Of a DNA stretch of 64,000 nt, positions 20,018 through 31,025 are shown in pieces (position 1 is the first letter of the stretch; the number at the start of each line of letters is the position of its first letter). The notes beneath the pieces were generated by a model that was not told the origin of the DNA, did no database searches, and worked only from the letters and a program-made list of their open reading frames with translations. The stretch covers positions 96,001 through 160,000 of the forward strand of contig JANZKC010000003.1 of NCBI GenBank assembly GCA_025061115.1, in the 5' to 3' direction. The translations under genes and the position numbers were made by a program. The DNA is from Candidatus Culexmicrobium cathedralense. Lineage in GTDB: Archaea > Thermoproteota > Methanomethylicia > Culexarchaeales > Culexmicrobiaceae.

Positions 20018-20659
20018 TCACAATTTATCCGCTATTTTTTCAAGCTCTTTTCTGAGCCTAATGCTCAATTGCGCTTCGGCAACTATTTTTCTTGTATCTT
20101 CTATGAGTCTTCTCATCACGTCTATTTTTGATCTCAGTTCTGGAACTAGCGATCTTGGATATTCTAGTGGTTGTAAAATTTCATGCAGCCTCTCCATTAG
20201 CTCAACCATGCGCTCTGATTCTTCAATATCTTCCGCTTTAAGGAGATCTATCGCTTTTCTTCTTAGCTCTCCTATTAGATCAGCTAGCCCCAATACGTAT
20301 GCTTGTTCCAATACCTTCAATTCACTGTTTAGTGGAATTCTCTTCCTCGTCACTATTTCGTAAAGGCTTTTTGCTTCAACATATTCTTGCATTGCAACAA
20401 TAACGCTTCCGCTTATTAACTCTGGGCGTTCTTTGATGTTTTTCATGATTTGCTTTATCTTTTCGTCTGCCAGTTTTAGCTTAGACTCTGCAATGTTTAG
20501 CGCTCTTCTATGAATTGCAGAAATAGCTTCACCGCACATGCGCACAGCTTCTCTGCATGTTATTTTTAGGCTTTCTTTTAGCTGTAGATTGTCATTAAGA
20601 GTTAAGGCTATTTTGCCAATTTCCTCAGCTACTTCCTCCAAATTAATCAATGAAATCAC
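20018..20659 (-). CDS. translin/TRAX family protein
   Basis: All-helical; QEYVEA and YVLGLADLIGELRR match the TRAX acidic catalytic motifs; LRSKIDV. Confidence 0.88.
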   Translation of the reverse strand: MISLINLEEVAEEIGKIALTLNDNLQLKESLKITCREAVRMCGEAISAIHRRALNIAESKLKLADEKIKQIMKNIKERPELISGSVIVAMQEYVEAKSLYEIVTRKRIPLNSELKVLEQAYVLGLADLIGELRRKAIDLLKAEDIEESERMVELMERLHEILQPLEYPRSLVPELRSKIDVMRRLIEDTRKIVAEAQLSIRLRKELEKIADKL

Positions 20660-20692
20660 CGTAAACTTGAGCTACATCAGCCTATATACAAG

Positions 20693-21214
20693 TTACTCTA
20701 ATCCCATGCTTCTCATTTCTTCTTCCTGCTTCTCCCTTACTACCTCTTCAAATTCGGAAAGTTTTCTCCAATCCATGAATTTAGCCATTGTAGCAAGAAT
20801 CTTAAGCGATTTGGCGCCATCTACTGGAATTTGAAATGTTATTGCTCTATATTTTTCAACGTCGACATCCTCATCTCTAGCTATTTTTAAGTAGAGGTTT
20901 TTGAAGTCGCTTGGAGGCATTAAACTTAAAAGAATGTACTCGACATCGCCTATTGCTTCAGTGAAATCTCTTAATTCAGTTGAAGTTGGGAATATTAGTG
21001 CATTTATGTTTTCCTTAATTTTCCCTTGCTTGAGTCTGATAATTAGTTTTGCCAATGGCGGTTCAACCTCAACTTTTGCAAGTGCTTCAACTGGCTTTTT
21101 AACTCTAAACCTATGGCGTGTAGGCAAAATGATATATGGATGTCCTTCATCTGTTACGCCAAAAATATAAATTGTTCTCATTTTTTCGATTATGCTTCGA
21201 AGATCTTCGTCCAC
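20693..21214 (-). CDS. hypothetical protein
   Basis: 173-aa ORF directly upstream of translin on the same strand; no family recognised. Confidence 0.65.
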   Translation of the reverse strand: MDEDLRSIIEKMRTIYIFGVTDEGHPYIILPTRHRFRVKKPVEALAKVEVEPPLAKLIIRLKQGKIKENINALIFPTSTELRDFTEAIGDVEYILLSLMPPSDFKNLYLKIARDEDVDVEKYRAITFQIPVDGAKSLKILATMAKFMDWRKLSEFEEVVREKQEEEMRSMGLE

Positions 21215-21542
21215 GAAATCACTTCTCCAGTTCTCAATTGTTTAGCCCAAATATATCTTTATTGCATTTTCGCATGCAATTACGATGAGATTTATATCGT
21301 GTACATAATATTTAAAGCTGGAGTCGAATGTGCTTCAACACTAATATGTGACTTATTTTACTCATTGCAATTAATTAACTTTAGAGGAGAAATTTGAAGC
21401 ATTAAGTATTGGTGTTATGGAAATGTTATTCAATTTGATTGGGAATTTTACTAGCGATGTGATTATGTTGGTTTGATTAATTGGAATTATTTTAACTATT
21501 GTTATAATGGCTGAATTGAAATAAAAAGTTAATATATTACGA

Positions 21543-23606
21543 CTACCGCATCAGAAGGGCATATTGAATGAATAATGGAAGTAACGTTATTGAAACTATG
21601 CTGACGAGCTTAATTAATATGTGCAGGCTTGGCCCAGCACTATCCTTTAACGGATCTCCAACCGTATCCCCAATTACTGCTGCTGCATGTTCTGGCGTTC
21701 CCTTACCCCCTAGAAATCCTGACTCTATTAGTTTTTTGGCGTTGTCCCATGCTCCTCCAGCATTGAACATGAATGTTGCTAGAAGTGCTCCTACAATTGA
21801 CGCTGCAACCATGAATGCTGCTAGTATCCATGGCCCGCCAAGGAAACCTACGATTGCTGGAGTTACTAATCCAACCAGTGTTGGCAGAATCATCTTTTCC
21901 AATGCATGCTTTGTGCTTATGTCTACGCATTGCGCGTAGTTAGGCTTCGCTTCGCCTTCAAGAATGCCGGGTATTTCTCTAAATTGCCTCCTAACTTCTT
22001 CAACCATTTCGTGGGCAGCTTTGCTTACAGCTCTGATTATCATGGCTGAGAATATGAATGGAATGGTTGCACCTGTTAGGAAACCTGCGATTGAGAGTGG
22101 GTTTACCACGTTTACTACGATGTCATTAATTGAATTAAGTTCGATGCCAGCATACCTTGCTGCTTCACTTACGTAGGCAAATAGTATTACAACTGTCGTT
22201 AGAATTCCAGCGGCCATAGCGAAGCCCTTCGTTATGGCTTTAGTTATGTTGCCCACGGCGTCGAGCTTGTCCATGGCTTCTTCAACTTCCCTTTCTAAGT
22301 GGGACATTTCGGCTATTCCTGCTGCATTATCTACTATTGGTCCGTAAGTGTCCGATGCCATTATTATTCCTTTCATTTCGGTTAGACCCATGGCTGCTGC
22401 TGCAACTCCAAATATTCCTAATATGTCTCCGCCGAAAATGAGGTATGCAGCTGCTATTGAAAGTGCGACTATTGTCATTGACGGAACTGCGCTTTCAAGA
22501 CCATAAGCCAATCCTATCATGATGTTTACTGCGGGGCTTGATTTGGATGCTAATGCGATGTCTTTTACTGGCTGCCAACTTTCACTAGTATAGTATTGCG
22601 TGACTATAGCTACTACTAGTGCAGTTACCAGTCCAAGCGTTAAGCAGTAGAATAGTCTTATGTCTCTCATGAAGTAAACTGAGACGCAGTAGAATACTAT
22701 TAATGATAGTACGCCTGCAGTTAAGTAGGCAAAGTTTATGCGGTTTATTGGCTTCATCCCGCCCGTAAATCGTATGGCTGCTATACCTGCTATTGTCGCT
22801 AAATTTCCTGTTGACCTTATTAGGAGTGGAAATACAACTGCTTTCCAGCCGTAGACGGGTAGGAATGTCAGTCCTAAAATCATCATGCACACTAGGTTGT
22901 CCGAGCCTGATTCGAATAGATCTGCTCCTCTTCCGGCGCAGTCACCGACGTTATCCCCAACTAAGTCAGCTATGACTGCTGGGTTTCTTGGATCGTCTTC
23001 CGGTATTCCTATTTCAACTTTACCGACAAGATCTGCTCCAACGTCTGCTGCTTTAGTGAATATTCCTCCGCCTACTTGGGCGAAGAGTGCAGTTAAGCTT
23101 GCTCCAAAGCCGAATCCTACTAGTTCGCTTACGACTTCTGGATTGTGGGGGCCGCCTCCGAATATTACGTAAAGCATTGTTACGCCTATTAGGTTTAATG
23201 ACACGATTAATAGGCCAGTTATCCCTCCGCCTCCGAATGCTAAAGTTAAAGCTCTGCGCACTGATGATCTTGCAGCGTTGGTAACTCTGACATTTGTTTT
23301 AACTGCAGCTTTCATTCCTATGTACGTGGCTATCCCTGAGAACAGTGAGCCTAACATGAAGCCGACAGCTATTTCATGTCTCGGCCATAATGCCACTAAT
23401 AGGGTTACTGCTATTGGTACGGAGAAGTATGCTATTGTTTTGAATTCTCGCTTGAGAAAGGCGTTTGCGCCTTCTTCAATATATCCTGCAATTTCTCTCA
23501 TTTTTGGAGTTCCTGTATCTTCTTTTGTAATTGAGTAGTATATTATTGCAACTACTAGCAGTGATAATGCTCCTACACCTAGAGGTATTAGTAGTAGCAC
23601 GTCCAT
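21543..23606 (-). CDS. hppA: membrane-bound ion-translocating pyrophosphatase, K+-independent type
   Basis: [49 protein letters not shown] (Lys at the K+-dependence position), [19 protein letters not shown]. Confidence 0.96.
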   Translation of the reverse strand: MDVLLLIPLGVGALSLLVVAIIYYSITKEDTGTPKMREIAGYIEEGANAFLKREFKTIAYFSVPIAVTLLVALWPRHEIAVGFMLGSLFSGIATYIGMKAAVKTNVRVTNAARSSVRRALTLAFGGGGITGLLIVSLNLIGVTMLYVIFGGGPHNPEVVSELVGFGFGASLTALFAQVGGGIFTKAADVGADLVGKVEIGIPEDDPRNPAVIADLVGDNVGDCAGRGADLFESGSDNLVCMMILGLTFLPVYGWKAVVFPLLIRSTGNLATIAGIAAIRFTGGMKPINRINFAYLTAGVLSLIVFYCVSVYFMRDIRLFYCLTLGLVTALVVAIVTQYYTSESWQPVKDIALASKSSPAVNIMIGLAYGLESAVPSMTIVALSIAAAYLIFGGDILGIFGVAAAAMGLTEMKGIIMASDTYGPIVDNAAGIAEMSHLEREVEEAMDKLDAVGNITKAITKGFAMAAGILTTVVILFAYVSEAARYAGIELNSINDIVVNVVNPLSIAGFLTGATIPFIFSAMIIRAVSKAAHEMVEEVRRQFREIPGILEGEAKPNYAQCVDISTKHALEKMILPTLVGLVTPAIVGFLGGPWILAAFMVAASIVGALLATFMFNAGGAWDNAKKLIESGFLGGKGTPEHAAAVIGDTVGDPLKDSAGPSLHILIKLVSIVSITLLPLFIQYALLMR

Positions 23607-23747
23607 AATTGTGCCTCCAATCGTCTTTACCCAGATTAAATCAACCTTATGTTATAAGGTTTTAGCTCGATCTAGCGAATTTTAAGGTTATTCCGTTTTG
23701 GTAAGTTTTTTAACATAATTGCATCTGAAGATACTTGGGGATTATAC

Positions 23748-25022
23748 ATGGGCGAAATACCCATTACCTACGCCAAGGACACTGTCGTTAGCTTTAGTGA
23801 GGAGGAGAAGCTGTTCAGAGAGGTTGTGAGAGAATTTTGCCAAAGGTATGTAGCTCCTAAGTGGGTTGAAATCGATGAAAAAGCTAGTAAAGATCCTATG
23901 GATATTCCTATTGACTTAATAAAAAAGATGGGGGAGCAAGGTCTCTTCGCAATTCCCTGCGACCCAAAATATGGCGGTCAAGGTGGAACATATACAATGG
24001 CTGTAATTGCAGTTGAAGAGATAGCATATGCTGATCCATCAGTTGCAATAGCTGTTTATGCTCTTCTAAATAACGGTTGGCCATTTGCCCTTCAACAATT
24101 TGGTAGAGAAGATGTTTGCGAGGAGATAATTCCAGAAGTGGCGAAGGGAAATGCGTTTTTCGGTATAGCAACAACTGAGCCTCAAGGAGGATCTGACATT
24201 GCTGGAATGAAAATGACTGCCGTAAAGAAGAATGGCGTATACGTATTTGATGGTGAAAAAGCATACATAAGTGGTGTTGGAGAAGTTATGAAATTACCTT
24301 GGGGTGGAGGGTGGTTCCTAGTAGCTAGAACCGGAGGACCTGGGCACAGAGGGCTATCGGCCTTCGCATTTATACCTAGAAAGAATGGGAAGGAGAGGCC
24401 TGGCTTTCACCCAACCATATACCCTGACATAGGAAGGCACGGACTTACAACAGGTGGCTTTATATGCGAAAACTTTGAGTTAGAAGAAAAATACCTACTT
24501 GGAGAGGAAAATAGAGGTTTCTATCACGTCATGGAAGGCTTCAATCTAGCTAGAATCGTTGTTGCAGCTGCATGCATAGGAGCAACCCGGTGGCTTCTAG
24601 AGCAAGCTGCCCAGTGGTTTAGGCAAAGAAGGCTTTTTGGAGGTAGATACATATCATCATTTCAGGGCATTAACTTCAAATTTGCCGAGCTCTACGCTCG
24701 TTATGAAGCTGCTAAGTACTTTGTCTACAGAGCTGCGAGGCTTGCTGATAAAATATACGTTGAAAGAGATCCAACTTTAAATCCTAAGGATCTAAACGTG
24801 CCAGTGGCAATGGCAAAAATGTGGGCTCCTGAAACTGCAGTTGATGTTGCTGAAGAAGTTATGAAGTGGCATGGAGCTTTCGCATATACCAAGGAGTGCC
24901 CAGTATATCGTGCTTGGCTTGGACTATTTTCATACGTCATTGGAGCCGAAGGAGCGCAAAACATTATGAGGTACATAATCGCCAGGGACACGATTGGCAG
25001 CGAATACGTTAGGCCATCATGA
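23748..25022 (+). CDS. acyl-CoA dehydrogenase
   Basis: TEPQGGSD, GEKAYIS, GEENRGF, R.LFG..I..FQGI.FK.A, HGAFAY, IGAEGAQNIMR. Confidence 0.92.
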   Translation: MGEIPITYAKDTVVSFSEEEKLFREVVREFCQRYVAPKWVEIDEKASKDPMDIPIDLIKKMGEQGLFAIPCDPKYGGQGGTYTMAVIAVEEIAYADPSVAIAVYALLNNGWPFALQQFGREDVCEEIIPEVAKGNAFFGIATTEPQGGSDIAGMKMTAVKKNGVYVFDGEKAYISGVGEVMKLPWGGGWFLVARTGGPGHRGLSAFAFIPRKNGKERPGFHPTIYPDIGRHGLTTGGFICENFELEEKYLLGEENRGFYHVMEGFNLARIVVAAACIGATRWLLEQAAQWFRQRRLFGGRYISSFQGINFKFAELYARYEAAKYFVYRAARLADKIYVERDPTLNPKDLNVPVAMAKMWAPETAVDVAEEVMKWHGAFAYTKECPVYRAWLGLFSYVIGAEGAQNIMRYIIARDTIGSEYVRPS

Positions 25023-25159
25023 CCTTAAATTTTTATTTTACTGCATTATTTCTTATAAATCTGAACATTCGAATTTCGTAAATTTTTTAAATTCTTGAAG
25101 TATTAGATATTATTCTAAGTGTCGTATAGGAATAAAAGTCTATAAAGGGAGGATTCAAG

Positions 25160-25952
25160 TTGCACGCTGCAGCGATCTTGATTGATGAAATTATAAGGGA
25201 GGGAAGAGGCTCAAGCCTAGTAATACTAATAATGGCGGCAGTATTCTTCTACATTGCATACTACTTGACAAAGATAGGAAGGCCTCCTAGGCTAAGAAGG
25301 TTGGTTGCAATTGTTGCAATAGCTGAAGCTGTTGGAAGAGCTGCCGAGATGGGGAAGCCCGTTCATTACACTCCCGGATACGCTTATGAGAGTATAGCCA
25401 CCCATTAAGGATCGCAAACATTAGCTTCAATAAGCATTTTAGGCTATATTGGCCAGCTTTGCGCTCGATATGATGTGTCAATAATAATTAACAATTCCAC
25501 TGATGGAGGAGACTCTTAGACTAGCTTACTTAAGGGAAGGTAAGCCTGAAAAATTTGACCCTAAGTGCATTAACTATCAGCCGGGGCAATCTCCAATGGT
25601 AACTGCAATTCTAGGGACATTTCAGAGGGAAAGGCCTGCAGCAAACTTCATGATTGGAGGATTGTACTACGAATCGGTGGTTATAGGAGAAGCAGCTAAC
25701 TTCATTGGAGCAATGCAGGTGGGCGGCACTGCAAATACCCACCAAATGCCATTTATCGTTGCGACATGCGACTACGTGCTGCTAGGCGAAGAGCTTTACG
25801 CTGCTGCAGCCTACATATCTAAAGAACCAATACAAATAGCGAGCATTGCAGGAGAAAATTGGATAAAGTTCCTACTTCTAGCCCTAGTTGTCTTGGGAAT
25901 AATCTTGGAGTCAGCAGGATACCCCCTAATAAGCGATTTCCTGAGGTGGTGA
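25160..25952 (+). pseudogene. disrupted DUF6754-type membrane protein (cassette copy 1, gene A)
   Basis: Aligns by eye to 50410-51210. In-frame TAA at 25406-08 where the paralog has Tyr (ATH*GSQT vs DATYGPQT), then a short deletion with frameshift near 25496 (IIINN|PLMEETL vs IVPVRQLSVLPIATEIV). Confidence 0.85.
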
Positions 25953-25956
25953 GATT

Positions 25957-26604
25957 ATGGCAACTGTGTTTAGAAGGGCTGAGATACTAATTTTAATTTC
26001 AGGAATGTTGACGGGATTAATTCTATTCGACTACTTCTTTCCAGTCCCAGGGCTGTCAGATGCAGTTGGCGTAGTCAATACATGGGCGGCGGGAGTATCA
26101 GCATTTGCACTTGCTTTAGGCTTCCTATCTGCAGCGAGAATTCACCTATACTACATTCAAAGGAGAATTCCTGGTAGGTGGCCATTCAGCCTGTGGCTAT
26201 TCATATTGACTGCAGTTCTAACCGTTTCAGGGCTCATTAGCGAAGGATCGCTGCCATATGCTTGGTGCTTTAAATGGGTTTTCACGCCTCTTGGTGCAAC
26301 TCTATACGCCATAACGGGATTCTACATATTCTCAGCAGCTTATAGGGCATTTAGAGCTAGAAGCTTAGAGGCTGGAATTCTATTAGTAGCTGGAATTATA
26401 GTGATGCTCGGCAATACGACTATTGGTGAATTAATTTGGAATCAAATACCAATTATCAACGAGTGGCTTCAATTAACTGGCCAAACTCCTGCAATGAGAG
26501 CTCTTCTATTCACGGCATCACTAGGATTAGTCATCTTCGGATTTAGAGTGCTAATTGGAGCAGAAAGGGGCTATTTAGGCGTATCTGGCGAGGGGGGAAG
26601 CTAG
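25957..26604 (+). CDS. multi-pass membrane protein (cassette copy 1, gene B)
   Basis: About 6 TM; SAAYRAFRAR..EAGILLV.G..VMLGN and G.ERGY shared with 51220-51873. Confidence 0.85.
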   Translation: MATVFRRAEILILISGMLTGLILFDYFFPVPGLSDAVGVVNTWAAGVSAFALALGFLSAARIHLYYIQRRIPGRWPFSLWLFILTAVLTVSGLISEGSLPYAWCFKWVFTPLGATLYAITGFYIFSAAYRAFRARSLEAGILLVAGIIVMLGNTTIGELIWNQIPIINEWLQLTGQTPAMRALLFTASLGLVIFGFRVLIGAERGYLGVSGEGGS

Positions 26605-27474
26605 ATGGCCGAAAAAAGCATTTGGATCAAGCTGGGCGAATTGGATAGAAGAATTCTATACTGGGCTTTAGTAATTGTTCTAGCAGTACTCTTCATTCAT
26701 CCATTGCTTCTGCCAGTTTCAATCTCTGAAACTACCATTTCACTTTACAACTTCATTGAATAATTAGGTCCAGATGACGTTGTAATAATAGGAATTCAAG
26801 CTGGAGTAAGCGCGTGGCCCGAAGTGCTTCCGGGACTAGTAGTAGTTTCAAAACACCTCATTCAAAGGGGTGCCAAGATAATATATTGGGGATTCTCTAT
26901 CGACGTTGACATGACAATGAACGCAATAAAAGCTAGAGTACCGCAACTTAAAGGTCCAAACGAGGCGGCTGGACCTGGGGACTACAAGTATGGTGAAGAC
27001 TGGGTATACTGCGGGCTTCTGCCTCCAGGAGAAGCCACAGTAGCTCAGTTAGCCGACAACATTCATTCCATAATAAAGTATGACAAGTATAGTATACCCG
27101 TTGAGGAATTGCCATTACTACAACGAGTTAAAAGCGCAAAGGATGTTTCATTAGTAATAACCTCAGACACTGGCGATTATGGTGATTATTACATCAGGCA
27201 TTGGAATGCAAGATACAATACTCCAATAGCTGAAGTTGGAATAGCAATGATTTACTCGAGCTACATGACGTACTATCAAACAGGTCAAGTGATAGGCCTG
27301 CTTAAAGGTTGCAGAGGTGGAGCAGAATACGAGAGGCTGACAGGTGCAATAGGAGAGGGAACACGGAGAATGGATGCGCTTAATGCATCTCACTTACTAA
27401 CGATCTTCGCAGTTATAATTGCCAATCTAAGCTATTTCGCTACAAAGAAATCTAGGAGTGGAGGTGGATCGTAA
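26605..27474 (+). pseudogene. membrane-anchored protein with nonsense codon (cassette copy 1, gene C)
   Basis: ATG 26605 follows the gene B stop directly; reads MAEKSIWIKLGELDRRILYW..., in-frame TAA at 26761-63 (FIE*LGPDD vs paralog YIENLPPGS), then continues in frame into ORF 26824-27474. Confidence 0.85.
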
Positions 27475-28116
27475 ATGCCCTACCCAACTGAGCCTTTAGA
27501 ATTACTCGGCGCGTGGACAGGAGCTTTATTGACCGTAATGGTCTACAGCTACGTGCTTTATAGAGAAAATGTAGCTTTCAGATTTGCCGAGCACACGTAC
27601 ATCGCAACTTCATTTGCAGTTGCAATAGTGCAAGCTGTTAGGCTTATCAAGAATAACATAATCATCCCATTAAGCAAAGGTGAAGCAATATACATCGTTC
27701 CAGTAATTTTAGGCTTCATGCTATACACGCTGCCCTTCAGGCGCTACAGGTGGATAAGCCGCTATCTAGCAGCCTTCCTAGTTGGCGTAGGTTTAGGATT
27801 ATCAATAAGAGGAACATTAACTGCGCAAATCGTTATGCAAATTCTTGGCTCAATATCAGCGCCAGGTGCAGGTGCAACACCTCTAGATTGGTTCAACTTC
27901 CTTTGGATAGCTCTAGGCTTCGTACTCATAACCATGTACTTCACCTTCACAGTAGAGCATGCCGGTCTGTACTACTATCCTACGAAGCTTGGGAGATACT
28001 TGCTAATGCTGGGCTTAGGCGTATACTTCGGCAATACAGTTCAATTCAGAATGGCAATGCTATCAGGCAGAATTCAGTACTTACTGCAAGTATTCAAAAT
28101 AATTCCATGGCCGTAA
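27475..28116 (+). CDS. multi-pass membrane protein (cassette copy 1, gene D)
   Basis: About 6 TM; T..VYS...REN..R.AEH and R.....GR.Q.LL shared with 52750-53502. Confidence 0.85.
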   Translation: MPYPTEPLELLGAWTGALLTVMVYSYVLYRENVAFRFAEHTYIATSFAVAIVQAVRLIKNNIIIPLSKGEAIYIVPVILGFMLYTLPFRRYRWISRYLAAFLVGVGLGLSIRGTLTAQIVMQILGSISAPGAGATPLDWFNFLWIALGFVLITMYFTFTVEHAGLYYYPTKLGRYLLMLGLGVYFGNTVQFRMAMLSGRIQYLLQVFKIIPWP

Positions 28117-28290
28117 ACAACCTAAATTTTCTACATCAATTTTTACTTACTAGAAATACTTATAATTTAAAATAAATTCAATTCCATAATTAGTCACTTA
28201 TGTGCATTTAAAAGTAAATTTAAAGTGCTTCTCAGAAAATTTAAATCGCTTAACATTAAATTAGAAGTGTATTACTTGGAGGCTTAAGAT

Positions 28291-28809
28291 TTGGCGGAGG
28301 CAGTTACTGTCCTTACAAAAATTGCTCAGCTAGAATTATTGAGAAGATTACTGAAAGTTCCAGGTGATCAAAATCCCCTCAGTTGCATGCAATGTGGAAA
28401 GTGCACTAGTGGATGCACAATAATGGTTTTACTTGAAAATTATCCTCATAGAGTTGTTGATAGAGTTAGGCTAGGCTTAATTGAAGACTTATTAAAATCA
28501 GATGTAATTTGGGCTTGTACTCAGTGTTTAAAGTGCAAGGAAGCTTGTCCCCAGAAGGTTTCACCAATGGAAGTTTTCCTAGCTCTCAGAAATCTAGCTA
28601 TATCTGGAGGTGCAAGTCTCCCTGAATCCTACATGAAAATGCTGGCGACAGCCATTGAAACAGGTTTCATTCAAGAGCCCCTTGAAGTTGTTGGGAGAGA
28701 TGGAAAATCCTATAAGAGAGAGGACCTAGGCCTCCCACCGATAAGCGGCCCGAAAAAACTGGATGTTTTCCAGTTAACAATTATGAAGGCGTTTGAGAAA
28801 AGTCCATGA
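28291..28809 (+). CDS. hdrC: heterodisulfide reductase subunit C-like
   Basis: CMQCGKCTSGC and IWACTQCLKCKEACP; upstream of hdrB. Confidence 0.87.
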   Translation: MAEAVTVLTKIAQLELLRRLLKVPGDQNPLSCMQCGKCTSGCTIMVLLENYPHRVVDRVRLGLIEDLLKSDVIWACTQCLKCKEACPQKVSPMEVFLALRNLAISGGASLPESYMKMLATAIETGFIQEPLEVVGRDGKSYKREDLGLPPISGPKKLDVFQLTIMKAFEKSP

Positions 28810-28819
28810 GGTGGCGCAT

Positions 28820-29701
28820 GTGAAGTATGTTATCTATCCAGGATGTCTTACATTGACCGAGCAGTACGCTTATGAGCTATCCACTAGAAGAGTTTTTGAA
28901 GCTCTTGGAATAGAGCTACTAACTCCAGAAAACATCTCCTGCTGCGGTGCTCCTCTCAGGAGTGTAAACGCGTATGGCTGGATCTATCTTGCAGCTAGGA
29001 ATATGGCAGTCTTAGAGGATGAGGAAGCTCCAGCCATGATATTGTGCAACTGGTGCCATCTTTCATTTACTCATGCAAGAAAGCTTCTAAGTGAAAAGGA
29101 AGAACTTAGATTGTGGGTTAATGAGTTGTTAAAAGAGGAGGACTTGGAGTATAGGGGTGATTTAGAATTTAAGCATCTCGTAGAAGTGCTTCACGATGAC
29201 ATAGGCATTAAAGTAATTGCTGAATCAGTCAAAGTTAAACTTGAAAGCCTAACTTTATCACCGCATTCAGGTTGTCAATTAATAAGGCCAACTGAATTGG
29301 GGAGGCCCGACAACTCAGTTAATCCAGTAAAGCTATCAAATCTCATAGAAGCACTTGGAGCTAAAGCCGTAAGGCACGTTGGAGAGCTAGAGTGCTGTGG
29401 GTGGGCTATATATAAGACTAGAGTGGATGCTGGACTAACCCTAGCTGGCAATAGAATTAAAGCAGCTTCAGACGCCAAGGTTGATGGAATGATTGTTGTA
29501 TGCCCGCATGGAGCTGAAATGCTTGATGGAATGCAGAGTGAAGCTGGGAAGGCTATTGGATCAAAGTTGGAATTACCAGTACTCTACTACACGCAGTTAT
29601 TGGGATTAGCGCTAGGCATAGAGCCGAAAGAACTTGGATTGCAACTAAATCGATCTCCTGTTGAAAGAATTTTGGAAAGAATATCCATTAACTCTAGTTG
29701 A
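28820..29701 (+). CDS. hdrB: heterodisulfide reductase subunit B-like (CCG domains)
   Basis: YPGC, SCCG, CNWC, HSGC, ECCG, CPHG, LPVLYYTQLLGLALG. Start GTG 28820 after GAGGTG; the ORF track gives 28793. Confidence 0.88.
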   Translation: MKYVIYPGCLTLTEQYAYELSTRRVFEALGIELLTPENISCCGAPLRSVNAYGWIYLAARNMAVLEDEEAPAMILCNWCHLSFTHARKLLSEKEELRLWVNELLKEEDLEYRGDLEFKHLVEVLHDDIGIKVIAESVKVKLESLTLSPHSGCQLIRPTELGRPDNSVNPVKLSNLIEALGAKAVRHVGELECCGWAIYKTRVDAGLTLAGNRIKAASDAKVDGMIVVCPHGAEMLDGMQSEAGKAIGSKLELPVLYYTQLLGLALGIEPKELGLQLNRSPVERILERISINSS

Positions 29702-29752
29702 TTTAACTTATAAGTGATTTACAATTTCTCTTCATAATATTTTGGCTTAGCG

Positions 29753-31015
29753 TCATTTATTCTTAATTGTCGGAACAAGAAGAGCCGCATCATCAATTAT
29801 AAGTATCTTTGCATCCCTTCCTTTCTCCTTCAAGGCTTCGCTCACTGCTTTTTGCAAGTTACTGCATGGCTTAATGAATATTTTTCTTAATAAATCTTGA
29901 TTCATCGATGTGTAAGCCCAGAGTTCAGCCCAAGAAAGTAGATTTGCTAATCTAGCAGCTTTATGATAACCTAAACGGTAATTATCCTTCACTTTCTCAA
30001 AGACTTCCTGAGGCGAATTAGAGCTTGAAAGCAGATCGTAAAAGTTTCTTGGTCCAATACCTTCCCTACACTCTGCAACTAGAATTAATATTCCGCCTTT
30101 CTTGAGAGCCATTTTTGCGTGCTCAACCGCCTTATGCGCTTGATATAAGCTAATGTCGAGTGGAGGTCTAGCAACTGCAATTACTATGTCAGCTTTCTCC
30201 TCTAATTCAATGCAGTGTACTTTAATTGAAGCTTTTACTGACAGCTCAAATGCGTCTTTTACGTGTCCAGAGCATGAGAAGCAAATTCTTCTCTCTGCAT
30301 CTAAAACTGTCATAATAGTGAATATATCGTTGAATCTAGATAACAGCTCTAGAGCATCCATCATATCTTCATGAACTGGATTTCCATCTAAAGATAATAG
30401 TTGAGCTTTCTCATCCAAGGCGTACATGTGATTATGCTCGATTGTCTCATACCCAGCTACGCCGGGGATAAGGAACTTTCTTCCGCCTGTAAACCCTGCA
30501 AAGTAGTGAGGCTCCACAGAACCAGTAACAATTATCCCATCGGATTGCAGAATCAAGTTATTAACGTATACATCGGTGTCGTAGCTTGTGGTTCCAATAA
30601 AAGTTAAATTGCTTTTTTCTCGGCAATTATGAATCTTAATGTGTTTTCTCAAAGAATTATAAAACTCGCCTAAAATATTATTTAGCTCCAGCTCGGTGGG
30701 AGGTCTATGTGCTCCACTTGCAACGAGAATCGTAATTTCTCGGCTTTTCAAGTATGGGTAAATTGACTTTAATATCTTGGCTGTTGGCGTAGGCCTCTCA
30801 TGATCGTTTATAATCATTGTAACTTTCTCCCTTTCCTCAAGAAATGATGACAAATGCTCAAAGTTCACTGGATTTTTAACTGCAGCTTTAAGTAGTTTGC
30901 TTTCACTTTCAACTTTCAAATATTTTGGCTTTAGTAATTCAATCATGTTTTCTCTGGGTATCTCAATGTTTATAGTGGAAGAACTGTAAGGAATTCTAAT
31001 CTTCATTTTAATCAC
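29753..31015 (-). CDS. larA: nickel-pincer-dependent lactate racemase family protein
   Basis: NDHERPTP, ASGAHR, VEPHYFAGFTGGRK, IEHNH, LYQAHKA, AECREGIG. Confidence 0.9.
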   Translation of the reverse strand: MIKMKIRIPYSSSTINIEIPRENMIELLKPKYLKVESESKLLKAAVKNPVNFEHLSSFLEEREKVTMIINDHERPTPTAKILKSIYPYLKSREITILVASGAHRPPTELELNNILGEFYNSLRKHIKIHNCREKSNLTFIGTTSYDTDVYVNNLILQSDGIIVTGSVEPHYFAGFTGGRKFLIPGVAGYETIEHNHMYALDEKAQLLSLDGNPVHEDMMDALELLSRFNDIFTIMTVLDAERRICFSCSGHVKDAFELSVKASIKVHCIELEEKADIVIAVARPPLDISLYQAHKAVEHAKMALKKGGILILVAECREGIGPRNFYDLLSSSNSPQEVFEKVKDNYRLGYHKAARLANLLSWAELWAYTSMNQDLLRKIFIKPCSNLQKAVSEALKEKGRDAKILIIDDAALLVPTIKNK

Positions 31016-31025
31016 TTTTTGTTAA

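Noticed and set aside
25406-26763. stop-codon recoding (Sec, Pyl or TAA reassignment) in cassette copy 1
   Set aside because: Both stops are TAA, which ends many genes here; they align to different residues and co-occur with a frameshifting deletion.
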